A stretch of 59,146 bases of DNA, filler included, from Psammoneis japonica (taxonomy: Eukaryota), in the NCBI GenBank assembly GCA_008632985.1. It is 2 parts of 2 records of this genome, joined end to end, with 100 filler letters (N's around TTAATTAATTAA, not from the genome) between each part and the next. Parts side by side here need not be neighbours in the genome. Positions count along the whole stretch, not along the records: positions 1 to 29,381 come from QPGO01000593.1; positions 29,482 to 59,146 come from QPGO01000595.1. The stretch is one strand, 5' to 3'. The notes beneath the pieces are model-generated. The model did no database searches, was not told the DNA's origin, and saw nothing but the letters and a program-made list of their open reading frames with translations. Shown here piece by piece: positions 24,235 to 35,774 of this stretch; positions within the stretch are counted from its first letter, which is position 1; the number at the start of each line of letters is the position of its first letter. Both the position numbers and the translations under genes were made by a program.

Positions 24235-24410
24235 TGAACAAATTACCCCGCAGTCGCTTGCCAGAGAGCAAAGTCATAGAAAATTGTTGCAACATTGTGC
24301 TGCTGTTTCTAAGATTGTGAGCAGATCTCGGATGGAGTCTTCCCGTTCTGAATCGCCAAATGCACAGTTCTGAACACCATTTCCGATAAAACCACATGGC
24401 AAATTCTTCA
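24235..24410 (-). repeat. 3' LTR of copia element C (176 bp), preceded by PPT GAGGGGAC
   Basis: Aligns to the split LTR at 1562-2196 and lies about 240 bp after the pol stop at 24652. Confidence 0.9.
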
Positions 24411-24651
24411 GTCCCCTCAAGTCGTTGAAGTGGACACTGAATCGGCTTGATCCAATTTGCACTCCGACAGTGTTCAGCCACAACCAAGTGACAAGGAAAC
24501 CCCAACAACCTGCTGAAACCCAAATTGGGAAAGGGTGCCGGTCTAAAACTGTGCCGAGCCAACATGCCCGCCAGTGCAAGCTAACATGCTTGCCAGATGT
24601 GAGGAGAAACAGAAAAAGAGTCAGCCAAGGAAGCGACTGTTCATTCTTCAT

Positions 24652-27600
24652 TCATCCTTGATCATCACATGTGTCGTGCAGCATCACACAAACGAGGCCA
24701 TCTTGCTTGATGCCACCGCACATGATCCCAGTCGCAAGATCAGCCGGATTGCACTCCGATCTAATGTGTCCTGCAAGGGACTCACCCACAGCTGCCGACT
24801 CCCTGACAGCATGGCAGCACATGGAGTTAGACTTCTTCTTCAAAGTCGACTCTGGGCTTTGGGTGTTGTGGATGACTGACATGTTGTCCCCACAAATGCA
24901 CGATGGTCTGCTGAGCGGGACTCCCATCATCCTGAGTTTGTGCCTTGGGCCTCGCAAAGCTTCCATGCCCTGCTTCACAGCCACAAACTCAGCACCAAAG
25001 ACTGAAGTCTCGATGGCACTCTGGCGCTTGGAGAGCCAGGCAATTGATGCCATGTTCAAACAGATGAAATGACCAGTGCGAGAGCGTCTCGTCACTTTGT
25101 CATTCGCATGATCTGAGTCTACAAATGGGCGCAGATCAATGTCCTTGCCCAGAGCTTCTGGTGCATTCGGCGGAATTGCCTCCTTGGCATCCCCGCAAAA
25201 TGCCTGCCAATCACATTCCTTAAAGCCAGACATGTCGACATCCGGGTGCGTCGGATCGAACGCTGACGTGGCGTCATGTCTGTTCTTGAGGTGTCCACAC
25301 ACATGCAGGACTGCGCCGAGATGACCTTCTCTGGGCATGGCAAGGAATGAGGCAAGCTCGGACACCTCTGCTGTGAGGTTGACTCGTAAAAGTTCCACTG
25401 TCCAGCGCAGGACTCCTGCCTGCAACTGGTGAAATCGAGCCCGCTCTGCATCGAGCTTTGGTGCAATGTCGAGCTCCGGTCAACAGTCGCGCGGAAACGG
25501 AGCCGTTGCCTTGTGTGGTGACGTCCATCCGGGAGCAGACTCATCTAGATGCCCCTCGACATTTCCAACAGCCTGTTGGATGTGCTTGCTGGAGCTCATG
25601 CTCCACGCGCAGACACTGTTCGGCATTTGCACTTCACGGATCTTCACCCCGAGGTGCATCTCAGGGTCACCGATGGATCCGGGTTTCATCTTGAAGTGTC
25701 GGTCCAATTCCTTGAGCACCAATGTAGCATCGTGGTGCACCACAAGCACGTCGTCGACATGCAACAGTGCATGGGCACAGCAATGGAACCCATCATCTGG
25801 TCGAACTTGTGCCTTCATCCACACATTGGGATCAGCTGGACATGGTTCCCAACCAAGATGATGCATGCACGATGCCAAGTGGTTCCCAAAGGATGCACCT
25901 GCACTCTTCAATCCGTACAATGCGCGCTCAACTGTGGCACGCTTCCCAGCATTGGGTCCAAACTCAGGTCCTGGAGTTGTGGTGATCTTCTTGCTGTCAG
26001 GTGCAGTGATGTGGGCATTCTCAATGTCCGCAGCCTTAACCTCTGGGTCATTTAGAGCCGCTGGAGCGAAGGCAATCCTTGCACTTTCACGGGAGACGAC
26101 GCTTGCACACGTCAGGGTCGCTGGAGGTTCAGTGGCATGTCCCCCTGCAACACAACGAGCCTTCCGCTTGAAGTCTTGCAGTTTGACATCAAAGACCAAG
26201 TGGCAGCAGACACGCTGGCAACCCACAAGCTCCTCGTCATCGTCAACAATCTCAAAGGCTTTCGCAACGACTTCGATGTCCTCATCTACGGCGTCCTGCC
26301 ACAAGCGGTCGCCGTTGGCCTTGTCGATCTCGACTGCCTCTTCACAGGTCTTGGGAATGCACACCCCGCACTTGTGAGTGCGCTTGTGATGTCGCTTGTT
26401 CACAGCGGCTGTGATTTGCTGACGTTTCTTGAAGGCAAAGGGAACCCACCAGGCGAGTGCGGGTTCATCCTCTGTGGATCTAGCCCTGGCATGCTCTGCC
26501 ATTTCCACTGGGTTAGATTCCTTCAAGTCGGACAGTCGTTCCCAAGATGTGGGTCCGTCTTTCCATTGCACGCAAAGATGCCAGCCTTTGGCCGTCTTTT
26601 GCATGGATCGACGTCCTCGACTGTCTTGGATGAAGGCGTCCTCCTTCTTGACAGCATGCCCGTCAGTCTTGTGATCAACAATTGCATCTGGCAACAAGTG
26701 CTGGTTGCCTTCATTGTCACACTGTGCAAACATGTTCTCAGCGATGACATTCGCCGCGAATTCTGCTTCCTGTCCATCAGGAAACTCGACCTCACACACA
26801 CGAGTGTCAAGTGTTGGGTTTGGGTTGGCCCGTCCGGCAGGTGTGCCGTCCGGATTGAGCTTGCGTCGCTTCACTGTCCCAGTCTGTTCCATGTCCCCGT
26901 GAGGCAGCAGCACTTCTGCATTGACATGTTGATCGCAGGCTTCATCTGGCATGTCATCCTCATCGGAGGCACTGGATGGAACATCCTGTTCCTCGTCATC
27001 CTCGTGCGGTTCGAAGGTGGGAGCAATTGTGTCAGGGTCATCAAAGTCCCCGACGGTCATGCCAGGGCCTGGCTTGACCTCTGTCAACCTGTCAAACTTT
27101 TCACGTGACACCATGTGCGTCTTGTGTCCCTGCTCCTCGGGAGTCAGTGCCCTGCAAGATGAGCGATGGACTGCCTGTCCTTTCTCCTTGAGCACCCTGG
27201 CCGTCACAGCTGGGCCCACATCCCTGCTCGGACCTGGATGTCGCCCCAGGACTTCCTTGTCCTTGGGAAATGAGACTGCCGTGTCTCGAAACATGACCCA
27301 GTCGCACCAGCCTGGTTCGCATGTGTGCGAGATGTCAGCCGTCTGACCGGACACAACAGTTTCCGGGACTTCACCGTCAAGCTCATAGATGCTTCAAGCG
27401 GTGTCAGACCTGATGAGGCCTTCCAGATCCAGGCAATCATCCCACAGGCATTTTGGGGCCTGTGACTTGACCATCTTGCGCCCAACACCTCGCTTGAGTT
27501 CACGAATTGCGCCCTCTGCGGTGTCAGACCAAGGGGCACATGGTTCAGTTTGTCTTGCATGGCAATCAGCCTCCCTGGCTTTCTCACCAAACAGCCCCAT

Positions 27601-28787
27601 TGTCTCTTCTCTCGCCCCGTCCACTGGCACAGCATGGGGCATGCCTTCTTGCGCAAAGAGCAACCACAACGCCTCGTGCGCCAAACGTTTTGACTTCAAT
27701 GGATGAGCGCGTGCCCATCCATTGGACATTGCGAACACTTGCGCACACACATTCCCTCGCCTGGACTTGACAGAGGAGAACATGGCATCGGAGCACATCT
27801 CCTTTGAGATGCGCCTGCATCGCAGTTGTCGATCATTGGCACGGAAACGTCGCGACAGTGTGGGATGTAGAACCATCCTGGCTCCGCGCTGTGTCGCAAC
27901 CTTGAGAGTGTTCTGAGCATCCTTGAGGCTGATGGACCAATTCTTGGCCAAACGTTCAGCGTCAACCTTGAAGCCGCGCTTTGTCATCTTGAGCGAAGAC
28001 AGTTTCATGGATGCCAGCAGCAAACGGTCATCGTGTGCATTGGAAATGTCACGCAACGGCTGATTCCCCAGAGAGTCTGAGGTCTCTTGAGCTGCAGTGC
28101 GTGAGAGCTTTGTGCTCACAATGTGCACATGAGGACGCGCATCGTCCCCGGTCTCATGCACTCTGCCAAGAGCATCGGTCATGGCATCTTCCCCAGCGTG
28201 GAAATCAGAGGAGGCGGGGTCCCATTCCGGGGACTCATGCATGAGTTCGCACACGCTCCCATCTTGGGCCGCATCCTCGCACTGAGATGAGGTCGGGACA
28301 CTGGAGGGGAAGCAGCTCGAGACTCCCTCCAGGTCCAAAGGCACAGCCAATGAAGCCCATTTGCGTCCTTGGCACAATCGCATGTTCCTTGTCGTTGGGC
28401 TTTGTCAGTGGAAACTTCGGTTTTAATGAAAGTTCCACGTCATTCAGCCACAACTGCATTGGACACAGCAAGTCATGCTCAAGGTGTGGCACATGGACTG
28501 CTTGGTGGACAACCAAGACGTGTGGGTGGCCCGTCTGAGGATCGGCACAAGCAACAGCTCCACTGACGGTGCGCAGACGCTTGCTGGCACCCAATGTCGG
28601 GTCGCACCCTTCCATGTCTGCTGGCCTGTCATGGTCAAGTAAAATTAAAGCGTGCTTGCCTGGCACGCTTGTGTCTGCATGACTGTCGATGTCCGTGAGA
28701 CTCTTCGTTCGATGGTCCCTTGACCTTTGTCTGGGTCAAGCGCAAAGTCTGCAACGGACTGAGCCGCATGACAGCCACCATTGGCGG
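24652..28787 (-). pseudogene. pol: copia pol of element C (PR-INT-RT-RNase H), frameshifted
   Basis: IDSHADT, LLCPMQL, LHPTLSRRFRAND, AEGAIRELK, AKGWHLCVQWKDG, RKARCVAGGH, ALYGLKSAG, LLHVDD, FVDSDHA, NPADLAT. Confidence 0.95.
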
Positions 28788-29381
28788 TCACTCCTTGCGA
28801 CATCCAGCCTTGGGGATATGCTTGCGAGCAGCCTTGCGAATCAACGCCTTGTTCGTTTTGATCCTGCTTGGCAGCCGGAGGCTTCATTGGCTCTTCAGTT
28901 TCAGATTCACTGCTGCCTTCATCGGATGAATCGTCTGTCTGAGCTGAAACAGCAGCAGCCGTCTTGGTCAGAGCCTTGATCTGTTTGGCGTTGCCGGCCG
29001 CCGTGGCCTTGCCGGTTTTCGTGTCACCACGTGTGTCGCGTGGCGACTTGAGCTTCTTCCCAGCCTGGGTAGATGGCTTGCTGCACTCTTTGGGAGGGCA
29101 GCACTCATCCTCCACGTCATCGGCATGAATGACAGCCTCTCGTTTACGCTTCCCAGCCCTGAGAGCCGCAACATGAAGACGTTCGCACCATTGTCCGGCT
29201 GGACTGCTTGATGAAGTCCTTGAACAGAATGACGCAGGCATCAAAGTCGTTGCGCAACATTGCGCTAGACACAATCTGCGTCTTGACTGAGTCAAGCGAC
29301 GAGTCCTTGACACTTGCAAGGAGATGGCGGACCTTGGATCGTGCGTTGATCCGCACAACCATGCTGGGTTGAGCCATCCAG
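28788..29381 (-). pseudogene. gag: copia gag C-terminal part of element C
   Basis: LDGSTQHG..INARSKVRHLLASVKDSSLDSVKTQIVSSAMLRNDFDACV; directly continues ..KQHAI at position 1. Confidence 0.85.
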
Positions 29382-29481
29382 NNNNNNNNNNNNNNNNNNN
29401 NNNNNNNNNNNNNNNNNNNNNNNNNTTAATTAATTAANNNNNNNNNNNNNNNNNNNNNNNNNNNNNNNNNNNNNNNNNNNN
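29382..29481. other. Artificial contig spacer (Ns with TTAATTAATTAA at 29426-29437)
   Basis: 100-nt N block with a central linker containing stop codons in all six frames. Confidence 0.95.
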
Positions 29482-32169
29482 GTTGTGACTCTTGCAACAT
29501 TTTTGAATGATTTCTGTTGATCTTGAATCTGCGGCAAGTCATTGTGATTTGTGACAGATTCTTTCATCAGAAACACGCATGCGTCACACACACACTCTCC
29601 ATCGTGAGTCTGTGTGTCGACCATCACTTTTTGTTTTTGCATGTGTTTGCATGTTTTGGCCCTTTGGTCTTTGATCGCACTGGTGTCAATGGGAGTCATT
29701 GTGGCTCTCAGAGTCATTGTGCAGAAATTGTGCACAAGAGCGCCAGAAACAATTGTTGCCAGTCAGTCTGCCCTTCTGTGCTCGAATGTCAACTTCTCGG
29801 GAAATCAATTGAAATGTCATCTCTCCAAAGGTGTTGCTCTTCACCATGCAAATCAAAATGCCTTTGGTCAGATGACATTTTAATTGAGCTCCCAAAAAAT
29901 CACTGGCTCCAATCACCCTCTTGCATGACACTGTGTGCATTTCTGCATGATTTGTTGTTTTTCCTTGTGTGAAATGCTGGCTGTGACTCTTGCAACATTT
30001 TTGAATGACTCCCATTGATCTTGACATCTGCGGCATTGTGACGCACTCTCCTTCATGAGTCTGCACATCAACTGCAACTTTTTGTTTTCATTTGTGTTTG
30101 TGCGATGATGAAGAGCCTGGGTGATGACAGCGTCATTTGCCGTCTTCAGGAATGAATGAATCCGAGTGCACGATGCAAAAAATTCAAAATGTTGACGTTG
30201 GCAACTGACGATCTTTGAAGGTGGGTCCAGAGGTGCATGAATGATCTGTTGTCATTTTCACACTCGCACTCGCACACTCAGCATGCACACGAATGACAAA
30301 ACGATGAGGCGAATCACGCTGGCATGTTTGGCTGTAACAACTTGCGGTTTTGAGAGAATTTTTGTGGGGTGAGAAAAGCGGCTTTGATCGCCAAAACATC
30401 ACACAACAACATGACACATCAACAGCACTTTGGACAGCTCTCTTTCAAAAGCAGAGAAGCAACAGCTCAACTTGATGTTTCTTTCTGAGTCCATGGCATC
30501 CAACTCATTTGTGGCAGCAAGCAAAGTTGAGCATCACCATGGTCAATTGAGAAAATGTTTGACACAGACTTGCAGCCTCAGCATTGTTTTTTTTGTGTTT
30601 GCCGTCAGGTGTTTTGGCATTGGCGTCTCTCCGGATGCAATTCCCCCAGTGATGGTGCATTCCCGGCATCAGACATGTGCCAAGTGACATCATGTCAAAG
30701 AGGTCCTGCAGCATCTCTTGATTGGGTGAAGTTGCAAGGTTTGTTTTGGTTGTGAACGTGTCTGCCCCTGCTTGTTCATGCCATGACACTTGACACTTGT
30801 TGATCCTCTCACAGCATCTGTTTGTTTTGGCTTGTGTCATCATCACAGCACACACACAGNNNNNNNNNNNNNNNNNNNNNNNNNNNNNNNNNNNNNNNNN
30901 NNNNNNNNNNNNNNNNNNNNNNNNNNNNNNNNNNNNNNNNNNNNNNNNNNNNNNNNNNNNNNNNNNNNNNNNNNNNNNNNNNNNNNNNNNNNNNNNNNNN
31001 NNNNNNNNNNNNNNNNNNNNNNNNNNNNNNNNNNNNNNNNNNNNNNNNNNNNNNNNNNNNNNNNNNNNNNNNNNNNNNNNNNNNNNNNNNNNNNNNNNNN
31101 NNNNNNNNNNNNNNNNNNNNNNNNNNNNNNNNNNNNNNNNNNNNNNNNNCAATTGTCTCAGAGAGAGTGAGCTGGCCTTTGCTCACCCATTCTAGACTTC
31201 AATGGCGCTGTTGTGCTGAAATGCAAGCCACCCGCAGCAGCACATGATCTGTTTTTGAGCTTGGCTCTCATTGCCTGTCATCTCCACACATCGACTCGAC
31301 TGCTTGAAATGGAAGCAGCAGAGCCCTTTGGCCGCACTGGCGTCAGACGCGCTCCAGCTCCAGGCGGGACCTGGCACTGCCGAGCTGTGAGACATCGGCA
31401 GTTTTTTGGATTGCGCTGCATGTTGCACGTGCAGAAATGTGCGAGACTTTTGTGAAATTTTGTGTCATTTTGCGGTGAGCTAATTGAGCAATCTGTCCAA
31501 CAACTTTTGACATTTTTTGTTGCAGCGCGATTCCACAACGTCTTCAAAATCACGCAGGGCAGGCACGTTTGCAAAAACGTCAAGTGGCAAGAGGCCCAAT
31601 TGCCAAATTTTTGCACTGCTGAGCTTGCGCGCACAATTCTGTGGGCCCAATGTCACACGGAGTCCCGCCCAGGACTGGAGCCCATCGTCAATGGGAGTCA
31701 TCGTGGTTCTCAGAGTCGCCGCATGGAAATTGTGCAGAAGAGCGCCAGAGACAATTGTTGTCAGTCTGTCCGCCATTCTGCACTCAAATGTCAACTTCTC
31801 GGGAAATTGACTGAAGCATCATCTGACCAAAGGTGTTGCTCTTCACCATGCAAATCAAAATGCCTTTGGTCAGATGACATTTCAGCTGAGTTCCCAAAAA
31901 ATCACTGGCTCCAATCACCCTCTCACATGGCATTGTGTGCATTTCCACCTCATGCAAAATGCTGGTTGTGACTCTTGCAACATTTTCGAATGATTTCTGT
32001 TGATCTTGAATCTGTGGCAAGTCATTGTGATTTGTGAAGGATTTTTTCGTCAGAGAAACACGCACGCACGCACTCTCCGTCGTGAGTCTGTGCGTCGACC
32101 GTCGCTTTTTGTTTTTGTCCATGTTTCCATGTTTCAGCTACGATGATGTAGAATCCGGGCAATGACAAT

Positions 32170-33740
32170 GTCCTTTGCAGTGCTGCAAATTGCCAAACAC
32201 TTGGCAAAAATGCGCGTAAACCGCCTTCGTTCGCTTCTGAAGGGAAAATTTCCATTCGTTGCGATTTTGTGCCAGAGCCACGTAGAAATGCACAGCGCTG
32301 CATCTTGCTGCTTTCCAACTCCCGCCTCCGACCTCCGACGAAGACACGGTGAAGCACGAGGATGCACCCGACAATGGCGGTGCCCATTGTCATCGATTCT
32401 GCCAATTTTCACACTCTCCCGTGTTTCATTTAACTCCAAATGGCAATGAAAGAGAGCTTTGGTGCTTTGCATTTTTTCCATTGGCGGCTTCACTCACATT
32501 CATTCTCCGTCTGCACATTTTGACATCCCAGCCAGCGCAACGCGCAGTTTTTGCTTCCATTCAGGAGCATTGCAGCTCAAGCTGTCGTTCATCAACCAAC
32601 ACTGGTGAAATTCGTTCGATTGTTGAATGCCTCGTGTTGCTGTGCACACATTTGAGGCAATGGGAGGGCAAGAAATGGCTCTTGCAAGAGCGCACAACGC
32701 GTCATGTTGCTTGACAGATGCAACAGACATGGCAGAGTTGGATGTGACCAATGAAGAGGTTGAATTTGTGGTGCACAGGAGGGTGAACATCAACTTCTCT
32801 CTGTCGGCGGAGGGAGTGACTCACTTGCAACCAATCTTGGATTAGATTCCATGCTGCTCTGGGTTGTTTGTTCAACACTGCTCTAGATTCAATGCCACTC
32901 TCTAGAGGTTGTTTGTTCAACACCACTCTAGACAAGCCACTGCTCTAGGTTCTTTGTTCAATGCTACATCAGATTCGACACTCATCTGGGTTCTTTGTTC
33001 AATGCTGCTCTGGACTCGACACTGCTCCAGCATCAATGCAATCGGATCATGCAGCGGCACTGTTGATTCTAGATTGTCTGTTTTTTTTTCTACACTGCTG
33101 GTGTCCATCCCAATGAAGATCCACACACAATGGCACAGTGCAAATGCCGTCTTCTCTTTGGGCTTGGTCGGTCTACGAGACCAGGGCTTTCCTCCGGGTG
33201 AATGACATGGCACGCCATTCCTCTTGCAATTTGCAAACTCCTCGACCGAAGTTTGCCACTCATCGAGTTTGTTCTTGTTCCTCTGTGCAATGTTTCGAAT
33301 TTAGTTTGGCTCATCCACAGAAAAATGCCCACATCCAATGCATTGACGGTGCGCCTCATCGTCCAGAAGGTGTCCGCCGACCAGAAACTTCCTGTCGCGC
33401 TCTTCGGCACACCGCACCACAACTCGGTTCCCTCAGCTCGTCGAGCATTTTATCCCTCGTGGGACCATCTACATCATCATACTCGATAGTGTCATGTGGA
33501 GTTTCGGCGTTTGATTCCCGTGCACGGACACGGTTGTGCATGGCGTTTGTTTGCCATGGTTGAAGAGTGCGAGCGGTGTCATCTGTGTTGTTTCCAAAAA
33601 ATCACGCGCGGGAAGATTGTGTACTTTTCTACGTAGGCTGGTACAATCGAGCAACGAAGAGAAATTTTCCCTTCAGAGGCGAACGAAGGAGCTTTACGCG
33701 CGTTTTTGCCAAGTGTTCAGCAATTTGTAGTATACAGGAA
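32170..33740. repeat. ~125-bp inverted repeats (32170-32295 and 33620-33740) enclosing a degenerate segment
   Basis: AAACACTTGGCAAAAATGCGCGTAAA..CCTTCGTTCGCTTCTGAAGGGAAAATTT is an imperfect reverse complement of 33660-33720. Repeated at ~47183-48752. Confidence 0.8.
32850..33030. repeat. Minisatellite of ~40-45-bp units (GGTTGTTTGTTCAACACTGCTCTAGA core)
   Basis: Core recurs at ~32862, 32907, 32948 and 32988. Reads as SRAVLNKQP-like repeats on the minus strand. Confidence 0.7.
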
Positions 33741-34122
33741 CGGATAAATCCGAATGCACGCTGCAAAGAATTCAAAATGTTGACGTCGCTTGCGGCCTGC
33801 GGCCAGCGGCCATGGCCATGGAGGTCAAGGAACGATCATATCATACAGCATTGATGTGACGATGACACCACCACTGCCAATGACCAATTGAGGCAATATC
33901 CATCGCCGTGATAGTTACTATATGGTGACGCTCCGCCTGCAAAATCTGCAGTTTCAAGTTGAGAAGCCTTCCTCGGAAACATGGTTTGCATTTTAGAATT
34001 TGTCGAAAACCTTTTCAAATGTTTCTTTTTGGCGATGATTCGAAACACGTCGTGTTTCTTCCACGATACTCTCACAACGCCCACGATACTCACAACGTCG
34101 AGACAAACGCACTGCAACAACA

Positions 34123-35252
34123 ATGGCACCAAAGACTGGAGCTCAGCGCCAGAAGGAGTACAGGGACCGACAAAATGCAAAGGGACCGGAGTTTAGAGAA
34201 AGCGAGAATCTTCGACACCGGGAACGTCGAAAGAGGGAGAATGAACTGAAGAAGGCGACTCCAGAATCCTTAGACGCGATGCAGTTGCTTCTGAAAGACC
34301 GAAAGGAGGAGCGCCAAGACCTGCTGAAGCAAGGCAAGGCCAATCGAGAGCTGTGTGCCAAAGTGGTTGCTGCGACGCCTGGCAATCTAGTGGCAGATCC
34401 GAGCAGCGACGCCTCGAAAGCAACCGGAACAGAGAGCCACGAACGTTATCACGACGAGGACTTGTCGGATGGTGAGATTCTTGAGCAGGAGCACGAACCG
34501 GTTGCTGCGACGCCTGGCAATCTAGTGACAGATCCGAGCAGCGACGCCTCGAAAGCGACCGCAACAGAGAGCCACGGACGTTATCGCGATGGGTACTTGT
34601 CGGATGGTGAGATACCCGAGCACGAACCCGCCTTGGTGGACGAAGAGGAATGCTCGGACGACGAGGAAACTAGTGTCGGAAACATTGGTGTCCCAACAAG
34701 CACTGGAGAAAGGGTACTGGATAGTTCTGCCCTTGACCGAGGAGCCTCGAAGGTCTACCTTGACTTGGACAATGATGCGGACATCTCCACGAGAGGACCG
34801 AGCTTTGCCAGGAAGCGTTCGAAAAATACGTGCCGGTAGAGAAAGAGGAAGGTCTCGGTGAAATCTTAAAACAAGTCGCAGATGACTTGGATAGGAGTGT
34901 GCTTAGGAGTCTGCGGTACATTCTAAATCATCGCAACAAGGTTCAGCATAAAAAGTGGTCGTGCCGGTTGAACAACCGTGAGTTGTACGAGAAGGAGTTG
35001 GTGTACGCCCTGGGAAAACTCTGCCCGAAATGGGAATTGATACACGACAACCCCGAAGCGCAACGTCTACGAAAAGAGCGCGATGACGCATACGCAAAGC
35101 TTGATGTTGCAGAAGCAAAGCTTGATGCTGCAGAAGCAAAGCTTGACGGCGCATACGCAGAGATTCAGCGGCTCAGGCGAGAGCGATCCGGCCGCCAATA
35201 TGATGCCGAATACTACCGACCGACAAAGCGCACCCGCCGGGATTACCATTGA
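34123..35252 (+). CDS. Hypothetical protein, copy 1 (split by a frameshift near 34800)
   Basis: ORFs 34123..34839 and 34830..35252 with normal Tyr usage. Internal 135-bp duplication, RNKVQH motif, heptad repeats. The paralog at 49135 is a single ORF. Confidence 0.6.
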
Positions 35253-35429
35253 ATGATAATTCTCTGCAGATTCATCCTCTGCAACATCGCGCTTCCGATA
35301 GGATACTACTTCTATTATAATTAACTTCTATAACTAACGTCTCTGGAAGAATCAGTTGTAATACATGTACGGTGTGCATAGAAATACTACACGAGAGTGG
35401 CTTTACGACCTACTCCTTTGAGGCATCCG

Positions 35430-35721
35430 GTTGGACACTAGGATAACACCATTTCTCCAGCCACGGCTTTATCTACTGGGTCGGTGGGAAGGAGAGACTT
35501 GTGCTGAGAAAAGGCCTCCTCGAGAAATTTTCCAATAACGGAAATCGGCTGGCACGACCGAACGACAGTGCCAGAAACACCGTCTTTGCACTCCAGCACT
35601 GGCACTGGTCCCATGGGATTAATACAAAGAAAGTCTTTGCTTTTGTTTTCGCCTTGAATGGACTTTGCGGCAAGCTGACTCGCCAAGTGCATGACGACCT
35701 CCAGTAACCGTATAGCTTGAA
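35430..35721 (-). pseudogene. Maleylacetoacetate isomerase (GST zeta) N-terminal remnant, copy 1
   Basis: FKLYGYWRSSCTWRV (zeta-class SSC motif), then frameshifted GENKSKDFLCINPMGPVPVL..KFLEE..LLPTDP. Confidence 0.8.
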
Positions 35722-35774
35722 ATCGACGGATCAGCCATCTTGCACCAGAGAGGAATCATCAGGAGTGCCGTCGG

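Noticed and set aside
1..29381. Classical fungal RIP
   Set aside because: RIP creates TpA and removes CpA/TpG. The opposite is seen here, and conserved motifs fix the direction as TA loss.
29426..29437. TTAATTAATTAA palindrome
   Set aside because: It sits in the centre of a 100-N block and is an artificial six-frame-stop linker.
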